Below, in pieces: positions 9,528 through 17,406 of a stretch of 64,000 bases of DNA. Source of the DNA: Burkholderiales bacterium (GTDB taxonomy: Bacteria > Pseudomonadota > Gammaproteobacteria > Burkholderiales > SG8-41); the NCBI GenBank assembly GCA_022841375.1, contig JALHRQ010000003.1, positions 40,692-104,691 on the forward strand. The letters run 5' to 3'. The position numbers and the translations under genes were made by a program. Under the pieces are notes generated by a model that saw only the letters and a list, made by a program, of their open reading frames with translations, did no database searches and was not told the DNA's origin. How positions within the stretch are numbered: position 1 is the stretch's first letter; each line of letters begins with the position of its first letter.

Positions 9528-9574
9528 GCTGTTTCCCCTGAGTGATTCGTTGTCGTGGCTGCGTAAATTAAGCG

Positions 9575-10960
9575 TTAAGCGGCAACCCGCTGCGGCCCGC
9601 CTTTGCCGGCAGCCAGTGCCGCGATTTCGCGAACGTCTTTCGCGTTCTCGAAATCCTGGATGGCCGCATAAAGCCGCGCCACGTTGTCGGTTGACAGTGC
9701 GCGCGCCGCGCAGTTGTCGAACTTGTCTTTGAGGCGGTCGGCGGGCAGCGGCTTGTCGACGCTGCGGCCCAGCGCCTGATCGGTTTTGGTACTGACGACA
9801 CGACCGTCGGTCAGCGTGACTTTCACTTCGGCGCCGAAGTGGTTGTCGGCAGGGAACTGTTCCGTGGTGTAGATGGAGGCGTGGATTTTCGGCAGCATGG
9901 CGCGAGTCGCCGGATCCTTCCAGTTGTCGCCTTCGAAATGTTCGAGCTTGACGGTGCGGTCTTTCAGCGCACGCGCCAGCGTGTATTGCACGCTGAACTT
10001 GGCGTCGAGGGAGGACTGCGGATCGGGACGGTTGGTGTGTTCGAGGCGGCGCGCGTGGGTCCATGATTCGATGCGCGCGACCTGTTCGGGTTTCAGGTTG
10101 TGTTTCTCGACGAGTTCGAGCATGCAGTCAATGGCCGGGTGGGTGCTGCCACAGCAGGGGTAGGACTTGATGGCGATACCGGGGCGGGTGATGTCCAGCG
10201 GCTTGGCCCAGGCGGGGATGGCTTTGGTGGCGTCGTAGTTGCCGGCGCCGTTGAAGACTTCGAAATAACCCTGCTTGTGTTCGAACGCGGTTGCGCCGGC
10301 AGTGAAGCCGTCGCGCGCGAGCAGCGCAGCGAACAGACCGCTGCGCGCGCAATGGCCGACATGCAGCGGCTTGGTCATGGTGCCGAAATTCGATTTGACG
10401 CCGGCGGCGAGCGATGCGGCGATTGACAGTGCAGTGGCGGTTTTTTCAACGGACAGTTTAAGCAGGTGCGCGCAGGCCGCGGCGCTGCCGAACACGCCGA
10501 TGGTCGTCGTCGGATGCCAGCCTTTGGTGTATTGGTAAAAATTCACCACCATCGACAGTTTGCATTCGGCTTCAAAGCCGGCGACGTAGGCCGCGATGAA
10601 ATCCTTGCCGGTGGCGCCGGTTTCATCGGCGAGCGCGAACAGCGCCGGCAGGATGGGCACCGAAGGATGACCGCCCAGCGTGTTGTTGCAGTCATCGAAG
10701 TCGAGTGCATGTGATGCGGTGCCGTTGACCAGCGCAGCGTCGAGCGCGCCGATGCGCCGTGCATGACCGAACACCAGCGACGGACCGCTGCTGGAGCCGG
10801 AAACGCCGAGCACAATGCGCGTTGCATCTTCTGCGGCGCCGGCAATCGTCACGCCGACGGTGTCGAGGATGCCGACTTTCGCCCAGTGCACGGCATCCGC
10901 CGGCAGGGTGCCGTACTGTAAGCCAATGATTTTATTTGATAATTCTGTGGCGAATGACAT
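9575..10960 (-). CDS. MmgE/PrpD family protein, paralogue 4
   Basis: 461-aa ORF: LQYGTLPADAVHWAKVGILDTVGVTIAGA..., full-length PrpD-like. Confidence 0.88.
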   Translation of the reverse strand: MSFATELSNKIIGLQYGTLPADAVHWAKVGILDTVGVTIAGAAEDATRIVLGVSGSSSGPSLVFGHARRIGALDAALVNGTASHALDFDDCNNTLGGHPSVPILPALFALADETGATGKDFIAAYVAGFEAECKLSMVVNFYQYTKGWHPTTTIGVFGSAAACAHLLKLSVEKTATALSIAASLAAGVKSNFGTMTKPLHVGHCARSGLFAALLARDGFTAGATAFEHKQGYFEVFNGAGNYDATKAIPAWAKPLDITRPGIAIKSYPCCGSTHPAIDCMLELVEKHNLKPEQVARIESWTHARRLEHTNRPDPQSSLDAKFSVQYTLARALKDRTVKLEHFEGDNWKDPATRAMLPKIHASIYTTEQFPADNHFGAEVKVTLTDGRVVSTKTDQALGRSVDKPLPADRLKDKFDNCAARALSTDNVARLYAAIQDFENAKDVREIAALAAGKGGPQRVAA

Positions 10961-11016
10961 GGTCGAACTCCCCGGCTATTACGCGCCGGCAGGTGCGCGC
11001 CGACGGACTGGATGAG

Positions 11017-11111
11017 TGGCGGAAGAGAGTGGGAGTCGAACCCACACAGGACCGCTCGCGGCCCCTACCGGGTTTGAAGTCCGGCCGCCCCACCGGGAGC
11101 GATTCCCTTCC
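11017..11111 (-). tRNA. selC: tRNA-Sec (UCA anticodon)
   Basis: Minus strand reads GGAAGGGAATCGCTCCCGGTGGGGCGGCCGGACTTCAAACCCGGTAGGGGCCGCGAGCGGTCCTGTGTGGGTTCGACTCCCACTCTCTTCCGCCA. It has an 8-bp acceptor stem, CU-UCA-AA anticodon loop, long extra arm, GGTTCGACTCC T-arm and encoded CCA, closely like E. coli selC. Confidence 0.95.
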
Positions 11112-11185
11112 GTTGTTACTGCGTGGCCGTCATTGTAAGGCGGCGCGATGCCGGCGAGAAATGCAGTTCCAGACTGTGGTGAAGC

Positions 11186-11734
11186 TCAAGGTCTGCGCGC
11201 GGCGCTGAGCACGACCGGTGTAATTTCTACGGTGCTGTCACCGTTGGTCATCCAGGTTGTGCCGTCCTGGATCGTGCATTGCAACTGCATCGTGCGTTCT
11301 GCGAGCTTTGCCAGCGCCTGAGTGGACTCGGCCGGCAAATCAATCACCGTGAGGTTGTCGGGCCGCGCCATTGCGTCGCTGTTGTCCTGCCACCATTTCG
11401 CAGCGCCGCGGCCATAAGTGTAGAGCTTCACCTGCGTCGCACGGCCGCAGGCCTTGCGTACGGATTTTTCATCGGGCAGGCCGATGTCGATCCACAGTTC
11501 AATGATGCCGGTGAGATCCTTGCGCTGCAGCGCAGGATCATCTTCGTTGCTCAGCCCTTTGCCGAATTCCAGCGCTTCATCGGCATTTAATGCGAATGCC
11601 AGCAACCGCACCATCATGCGTTCGTCGGTTTCGGAAGGATGGCGCGCCAGCACCAGCGCATGGGTCGCGTAATAGCCGCGGTCCATGTCGGAAATCGTCA
11701 GGTCCACCTTGAAGATGGTGGCGGTCAGCGCCAT
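11186..11734 (-). CDS. yaeQ: YaeQ family protein
   Basis: MALTATIFKVDLTISDMDRGYYATHALVLARHPSETDERMMVRLLAFAL is the characteristic YaeQ N-terminus. Start lies 4 nt after the upstream stop. Confidence 0.85.
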   Translation of the reverse strand: MALTATIFKVDLTISDMDRGYYATHALVLARHPSETDERMMVRLLAFALNADEALEFGKGLSNEDDPALQRKDLTGIIELWIDIGLPDEKSVRKACGRATQVKLYTYGRGAAKWWQDNSDAMARPDNLTVIDLPAESTQALAKLAERTMQLQCTIQDGTTWMTNGDSTVEITPVVLSAARRP

Positions 11735-11738
11735 GCGG

Positions 11739-12647
11739 TTATTTCAGACGCGCCGCTACTGCATCGGCAGCGCGATTCGCATCTGCAATCGCGTCATCAA
11801 GACTGCCGCCGCAGCCGCTGCGTACGGCACCGACGGCCCAGACGCCAGGCAGTGCGGTTTCGAGTGCGTCGCCGGTAACAAGGCGACCTTGGTCATCGCG
11901 TTTGACGGCATCCGGCACGAAAGCGGTGTTGGGTTCGAGGCCGATGTAGGTGAAAACGCCGGCGACGGCAATCTCTTCGCTGCCCGCTGCGGTTTTGACG
12001 CGGATTTTCTCGACCATCTGCCCGCCGAGGATGGCCTCGACCGTAGTGCCGAAACGTTTTTCGATCTTGTCGTTGCCTTTGACCTGGTCGATGAAACGCT
12101 GCTGCGCGCGGAACGCCATGCCGCGATGGATCAGCAGCACCTTGCCGCAATAGTGCGTCAGCACATTCGCTTCCTGCAGCGCGGAGTCACCGCCGCCGAT
12201 CACGGCCACGGTTTCATTCTGGAACATCGGGCCGTCGCAGTCGGCGCATTTCGACACGCCGCGGCCTTCGAATTCGGCTTCGCCGGGAACGTTCAGCGTT
12301 TTCAGTTTGGCGCCGCTGGCAATGATCACCTGGCGCGCGCGGTAGCTGCCGCTTTCGGTGGTCACGGTATAGCCGCCATCGGCGGTGGCCAGCGCGGTGA
12401 CCGGTTCCTGGATGCTGGTGACGCCGGCCTCGGCGTTGGCGCCGGTCAGTTCGGCGGCAAACGCCGCACCGCCGGCTTCGCCGCCGGGCGGCGCGGGGTC
12501 GAGTTCATTCACATTGAGCACGAGACCGCCGAAGATCTGCTGCTCGAAGGTGGCAGCGCTGAGGCCTTTTTTGGCGAGCGCACCGGCAGCGGTGAGTCCG
12601 GCGATACCTTCGCCGATGATGATGACGTCAAATGCGGAAGTGGTCAT
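11739..12647 (-). CDS. Thioredoxin-disulfide reductase-like FAD/NAD(P)H oxidoreductase (low-Mr TrxR architecture)
   Basis: DVIIIGEGIAGLTAAG (FAD), redox motif SKCADCDG (cf. CATCDG in TrxB), VAVIGGGDSALQEANVL...HRG (NAD(P)H). Lies 21 nt downstream of selB. Confidence 0.8.
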   Translation of the reverse strand: MTTSAFDVIIIGEGIAGLTAAGALAKKGLSAATFEQQIFGGLVLNVNELDPAPPGGEAGGAAFAAELTGANAEAGVTSIQEPVTALATADGGYTVTTESGSYRARQVIIASGAKLKTLNVPGEAEFEGRGVSKCADCDGPMFQNETVAVIGGGDSALQEANVLTHYCGKVLLIHRGMAFRAQQRFIDQVKGNDKIEKRFGTTVEAILGGQMVEKIRVKTAAGSEEIAVAGVFTYIGLEPNTAFVPDAVKRDDQGRLVTGDALETALPGVWAVGAVRSGCGGSLDDAIADANRAADAVAARLK

Positions 12648-12668
12648 GGCGTTCTCTCAGTTCAGTGA

Positions 12669-14690
12669 TCAGTAACGTTTGTTGCGGAAAGGGGGGCGTT
12701 GCTGTGGTTTTCCGGCGGCGGGTTTCTGCGCCTGTGGTTTGGCCACTGTGCCCGGTGGAGGCGGCGGCGCCGATTCGGCGGCACCGAGTATCGGCACAAA
12801 GTCCTTGCGAATCTTGCGCGCGTCGCCGATGCGTTGCGTCACAGTGATGCCATCCAGCGCTTCGAGAATTTCAATTGCCAGCGTGCGGCCGATGCCAACG
12901 GCGTCACGGTACTGCGCAGCGGTGAATTGGCCTTCGGGCTGTTTTGCTGCGACGGCCTGCGCGGTTGCTGCGAGCACCGCCATCGTCGGTTTCAGATAAA
13001 AACGTTCGGCACCGACCCGGTACAGATTGCCGGCCTTCATCTGCCGGTAGAGGAAATCCTTGAGGATCGCGTCCTTCAGTTTCAGCAGCGGCGCCAGTTC
13101 CTTCAGCGGCGGCGGATTGAATCCTGCCGAGAGCAGAGCCGGTTGTACGGTTTCCCACAGTTTGACGTCGGCGCTGTTGGCCGTAGTGTCATGGCCGGGC
13201 TTGCGCACCAGTGAGCTGTGCACTTCGATCTGCCGCTGATCCGCGAGCAGGCGCAGCAGGTGGCCGAAGGCGTCGGCATCGAGTTCCGGTGCCAGCGTCG
13301 CGTGCAGTGTTTCGATTTCCATGCCCGGCGCCTGCGGCTGCGCCTGGTGAAACGCGGCGACCTGTTTGACCGCCGCCTGATGCAGCGCGGCGAGTCGCGG
13401 TTGGGTGATGGCGATGCGGCGGTCCTTGCCCAGAGGTGAAAGACCGGCCTTGGTGTATGCGGCCGTGGCGATTTCAGGCAGCAGGTTGAAGATGGCTTCG
13501 AAGTGCGCCAGATCAACCGGACGTTTGCTATCGGCGGCGAGGGCGGCCAGTGCAGTGACGTGATCTGCCGATTCAAGCGCGGTGAGTGTGGCATCACGGG
13601 TCTTGCTGCGTCGTGAAGCCGGCGGCAAGGGGTCGATGATGACGCCGCCGCCGATTGTGCGTGTCGATGACTGGTCGCGCAGGATGAAGCGGTCGCCATG
13701 CAACGCCGCAATCGGTTCGTCGAGCACCAGCTGGCCGATGCCGCCCTGGCCTGGATTCAATGCTTCGCCGCGTTTCAGCGAGACCCGCGCGGTGACATCG
13801 GCGGTGGCGAGATGCAGGTGCACCGGCGTCCAATGTTTCAGCGGCTTGCCTTCGCCGGGCAGTACGTTCAGACGTACGTCGATGCGCTGTGTCGGGCGGT
13901 GGATGGCTTCGGCCATGACCCAGTCGCCGCGCCGAACCGATTCAACATCGGCGCCGGTCAGGTTCAGTGCGCAGCGTTCACCGGCGCGCGCTTCAGCAGC
14001 GGCTTTGCCGTGGATCTGGATGCCGCGCACGCGTACTTCGCGGCCTGCAGGGGAGATCACCAGCTTGTCGCCGCTGCGCACGGTGCCGTTGAACACGGTG
14101 CCGGTGACCACGGTGCCGCTGCCGGCAATGCTGAAGGCGCGGTCAATGGCGTAACGCAGATGCTGCCCGGCGGCGCTGCGCTGGCCTTTGGCCGCGGCTT
14201 CGCGCAGCAGCAGGGTTTTCAGTTCGGTCATGCCGGCACCGCTGATGGCGGACACCGGCAGTATCGGCACTTCGGCAAGCAGCGTCGGTGCGAGCAGGGC
14301 CTGCACCTGGTTGCGCACCTGTTCGATGCGTTCGGCGTCGACGCGATCGACCTTGGTGATCACCGCGGCGCCGCGACCGATGCGCAGCAGATCCAGGATC
14401 TGCAGATGTTCGATAGTCTGTGGCATCACGCCGTCGTCGGCGGCGACGATCAGCATTGCAAAGTCGATGCCGGATACGCCGGCGAGCATGTTGCGGATGA
14501 AACGCTCATGGCCCGGTACATCGACAAAACCGATCAGTCCGCCTTCGGCCAGCGGCAGGTAGGCAAAACCGAGATCGATCGAGATGCCGCGGGCTTTTTC
14601 CTCGGGCAGACGGTCGGTGTCGGTGCCGGTCAGCGTTTTGACCAGCAAAGTCTTGCCGTGATCGATGTGGCCTGCGGTAGCGACGATCAT
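12669..14690 (-). CDS. selB: Selenocysteine-specific translation elongation factor SelB
   Basis: [44 protein letters not shown]..., a GTPase followed by winged-helix domains. 673 aa, with an extra Pro/Lys/Gln-rich tail. Confidence 0.93.
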   Translation of the reverse strand: MIVATAGHIDHGKTLLVKTLTGTDTDRLPEEKARGISIDLGFAYLPLAEGGLIGFVDVPGHERFIRNMLAGVSGIDFAMLIVAADDGVMPQTIEHLQILDLLRIGRGAAVITKVDRVDAERIEQVRNQVQALLAPTLLAEVPILPVSAISGAGMTELKTLLLREAAAKGQRSAAGQHLRYAIDRAFSIAGSGTVVTGTVFNGTVRSGDKLVISPAGREVRVRGIQIHGKAAAEARAGERCALNLTGADVESVRRGDWVMAEAIHRPTQRIDVRLNVLPGEGKPLKHWTPVHLHLATADVTARVSLKRGEALNPGQGGIGQLVLDEPIAALHGDRFILRDQSSTRTIGGGVIIDPLPPASRRSKTRDATLTALESADHVTALAALAADSKRPVDLAHFEAIFNLLPEIATAAYTKAGLSPLGKDRRIAITQPRLAALHQAAVKQVAAFHQAQPQAPGMEIETLHATLAPELDADAFGHLLRLLADQRQIEVHSSLVRKPGHDTTANSADVKLWETVQPALLSAGFNPPPLKELAPLLKLKDAILKDFLYRQMKAGNLYRVGAERFYLKPTMAVLAATAQAVAAKQPEGQFTAAQYRDAVGIGRTLAIEILEALDGITVTQRIGDARKIRKDFVPILGAAESAPPPPPGTVAKPQAQKPAAGKPQQRPPFRNKRY

Positions 14691-14705
14691 AAAGTCAAAG
14701 GCATT

Positions 14706-14815
14706 GAGCCACAGAAGACACAGAGTTCACAGAGAGAATAATCAAAAGCCATTCGATGCTCTCGTGATAACTGTTCTCAGGGTTTCTCTGCGCTCTCTGT
14801 GTCCTCTGTGGCTAA
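14706..14815. repeat. Imperfect ~30-bp inverted repeat (REP-like) filling the selA-selB spacer
   Basis: Left arm GAGCCACAGAAGACACAGAGTTCACAGAGAGAA (14706-14738); right arm TTTCTCTGCGCTCTCTGTGTCCTCTGTGGCTAA (14783-14815). The 19-nt core AGCCACAGA(A/G)GACACAGAG is complementary with one mismatch. Confidence 0.7.
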
Positions 14816-16218
14816 GGTTTTTTGATCTTGAGATTTGCAAGTTGCGTTACAAACTCGTCTTCATGATCGAGGCAGCGCAGGTCAAGCATCAGCGCACCGT
14901 CCTTGATATGGCCGATCACCGGCGAGGGCAGTGCGCGGAGCGCTGCGGCGAGTTTGTTGAGGTTGCCTTTTTTTCCGGCGGGCATGATGGCCAGGCCGCT
15001 GCTGGGCAGCGCATCCACCGGCAGCGCGCCGCTGCCGATCTGGCTTTTGCAGGCGGCGATTTCAACGGTCCAGTCTTCACCCAGTGCTGCGGCGACCGCA
15101 GGCAGCACGCGTGCTGCCTGCGCGGCAATGTCGTCGGCATTACGGGTCAGCAAACGCAGCGCCGGCAGTTCTTCGTGCAGGCGTTCCGGGTGCAGGTACA
15201 GGCGCAGCACGGCATCCAGCGCGGTCAGCGTCAGCTTGTCGAGGCGCAGCGCGCGTTTCATCGGATTTTTGGCGATGCGCGCCATCAGATCCTTGCGGCC
15301 GACCAGCAGGCCTGCCTGCGGGCCGCCAAGCAGTTTGTCGCCACTGAAGGTCACCACATCGGCGCCGTCGGCGAGTGTCTCTCGCGGCGTCGGTTCATGC
15401 GGCAAGCCGTAGTCCTCGAGATTGATCAGCGTGCCGCTGCCGAGGTCGACGATGAAGGGCAGGTTGTGTGCGTGCGCAAGTTTCGCCAATTCACTTTCAG
15501 GCACCGTTGCGGTGAAGCCCTGCACCACGTAATTGCTGGTGTGCACTTTCATGATCGCCGCGGTGCGCGGCGTGATCGCTTCGGCAAAATCTTTGAGGTG
15601 CGTGCGGTTGGTAGTGCCGACCTCGACCAGTTTGACGCCGGCGCGCGACATGATGTCGGGAATGCGGAACGCGCCGCCGATTTCGATCAGTTCGCCGCGC
15701 GATACCAGCACTTCACGCTTCAACGCCAGCGTATTCAGCGCGAGGTAGACTGCGGCGGCGTTGTTGTTGACGGCGACGGCTTTCTCGCCGCCCGTCAGTT
15801 CGGCGAGCCAGCGTTCGACATGGCTGTCGCGTTCGCCGCGGGCGCCGGTCGCAAGATCAAATTCCAGATTGACCGGACGGGTCATCGCCGCCATCACGGC
15901 TTCGGCAGCGCTTTGCGGCATCACCGCGCGGCCGAGATTGGTGTGCAACACGGTGCCGGTGAGATTAAATACCGGTTTCAGCGAGGGTGCGGCGGATCGC
16001 TCCAGCGCAACAGCGCAGGCCTGCAGGAAACGGATTTCATCAAAGGCGCCGGCTTCAGGCTCGGCCAGACGAGCACGCTCAGCGTCCAGTGCGCAGCGCA
16101 GGAATTCGGTTACGCGCGTGCGGCCATACGCGGCAATGAGGACCGCGACTGCCTCGCTGCCGAGCAGGCGATCAACCGAGGGCAACGCGCGACGCGCGGC
16201 TGCAGCGGGATTCACCAT
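14812..16218 (-). CDS. selA: L-seryl-tRNA(Sec) selenium transferase SelA
   Basis: 468 aa: LPSVDRLL...NLTGTVLHTNLGRA...FSGDKLLGGPQAG, typical SelA. Confidence 0.93.
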   Translation of the reverse strand: MVNPAAAARRALPSVDRLLGSEAVAVLIAAYGRTRVTEFLRCALDAERARLAEPEAGAFDEIRFLQACAVALERSAAPSLKPVFNLTGTVLHTNLGRAVMPQSAAEAVMAAMTRPVNLEFDLATGARGERDSHVERWLAELTGGEKAVAVNNNAAAVYLALNTLALKREVLVSRGELIEIGGAFRIPDIMSRAGVKLVEVGTTNRTHLKDFAEAITPRTAAIMKVHTSNYVVQGFTATVPESELAKLAHAHNLPFIVDLGSGTLINLEDYGLPHEPTPRETLADGADVVTFSGDKLLGGPQAGLLVGRKDLMARIAKNPMKRALRLDKLTLTALDAVLRLYLHPERLHEELPALRLLTRNADDIAAQAARVLPAVAAALGEDWTVEIAACKSQIGSGALPVDALPSSGLAIMPAGKKGNLNKLAAALRALPSPVIGHIKDGALMLDLRCLDHEDEFVTQLANLKIKKP

Positions 16219-16361
16219 CGGGATGCGGAGATGCGGCAGGTCATGCGGATTGCCAGTGTGGAAAGCGGAGGGCGCAGTTTAGCGTAACTCGCAGGGTGCG
16301 TGCTATTCTGGCCGCGGCTCGCAAGCGCGGGCGCAAAACAGCCGGATTCCGGGGAGAAAAC

Positions 16362-17330
16362 ATGAACATGCGCGTAATGATGGGGGTGCTGTTGCTGGCT
16401 GCAGGTGTTGCACAGGCGGCAGATGCGCCGTATCCGACCAAGCCGATACGATTTATTTGTCCCTATGCCCCGGGCGGGGCTGGCGATATTTTTACGCGCA
16501 CCATAGGCCAGAAACTGAGTGAGGCGCTGGGTCAGGCCGTGGTGGTGGACAACCGCGGCGGCGCCAATGGCGGTATCGGTACCGAACTGGTGGCGCGTGC
16601 GCCGGCCGACGGATACACGCTGCTGATGGGCAATGCCGGGCCGATGACCGTCAATCCGAATCTGTATCTCAAAATGGGTTATGACCCGGTCAAGGATTTT
16701 GCGCCGATCACCCAGGGCACCTCATACATGTACGTGCTGGTGGTGCCGCCCGCAGCGCCGGTGAAGGCGCTGCCGGATTTCATCAAGCTGTTGCAGTCAA
16801 AGCCGGGGCAGATGACCTACGGCTCGACCGGCATCGGCGGCGGCAATCACCTGTCGGGCGAACTGTTCAGCCTGATGACCAACACCAAGTCGATTCATGT
16901 GCCGTACACCGGGAGCTCGCTGGCACTGGCGGCGTTGCTCGGCGGACAGATCAGTTACATGTTCGATACCGTGATTACCGCGGTGCCGCAGTTGCGCGGC
17001 GGCAAACTGCGCGCGATTGGCGTCACCGGCGGCAAACGCGCTTCGGCTTTGCCCGACGTGCCTACACTCAACGAACTGGGTCTGAAGGGATTTCAACTGA
17101 CGCAGTGGCAGGCGGTGGTTGCGCCGGCAGGCACGCCGAAACCGGTGATCGACCGCCTGAACCGTGAAGTGGTGAAAGCGCTGAAAATGCCGGATGTCAT
17201 TGACCGGCTGGCGACACAGGGCGGCAACGATCTCGTCGGCAACACGCCGGAAGAGTTTGCGCAGGTGATCAAAAGCGATCTCGCGCTCTACGCCAAAATC
17301 ATCAAGGCTGCGGGGATCAAGCCGCAGTAG
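16362..17330 (+). CDS. Bug family tripartite tricarboxylate transporter substrate-binding protein
   Basis: MNMRVMMGVLLLAAGVAQA signal peptide, YPTKPIRFICPYAPGGAGDIFTR, C-terminal YAKIIKAAGIKPQ; GGGGAGAAAAC precedes the ATG. Confidence 0.88.
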   Translation: MNMRVMMGVLLLAAGVAQAADAPYPTKPIRFICPYAPGGAGDIFTRTIGQKLSEALGQAVVVDNRGGANGGIGTELVARAPADGYTLLMGNAGPMTVNPNLYLKMGYDPVKDFAPITQGTSYMYVLVVPPAAPVKALPDFIKLLQSKPGQMTYGSTGIGGGNHLSGELFSLMTNTKSIHVPYTGSSLALAALLGGQISYMFDTVITAVPQLRGGKLRAIGVTGGKRASALPDVPTLNELGLKGFQLTQWQAVVAPAGTPKPVIDRLNREVVKALKMPDVIDRLATQGGNDLVGNTPEEFAQVIKSDLALYAKIIKAAGIKPQ

Positions 17331-17349
17331 CGGTGATGTCTGGAAAATT

Positions 17350-17382
17350 AAAAACGCCGGCATCATCGATGCCGGTGTTTTA
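17350..17382. terminator. Bidirectional intrinsic terminator between convergent genes
   Basis: AAAAA-CGCCGGCATC-ATC-GATGCCGGTG-TTTT: a GC-rich stem flanked by an A-run and a T-run. Confidence 0.7.
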
Positions 17383-17406
17383 ATGTAACTTATTGATTTT
17401 AAATAA

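Noticed and set aside
8736-10064. The 442-aa track ORF suggesting a large protein that overlaps PrpD paralogue 4.
   Set aside because: Only the C-terminal 263 aa look like a protein (an SDR). The upstream part is Arg/Pro-rich read-through overlapping the PrpD gene in another frame. A TTG at 9527 with a ribosome-binding site gives a normal SDR.
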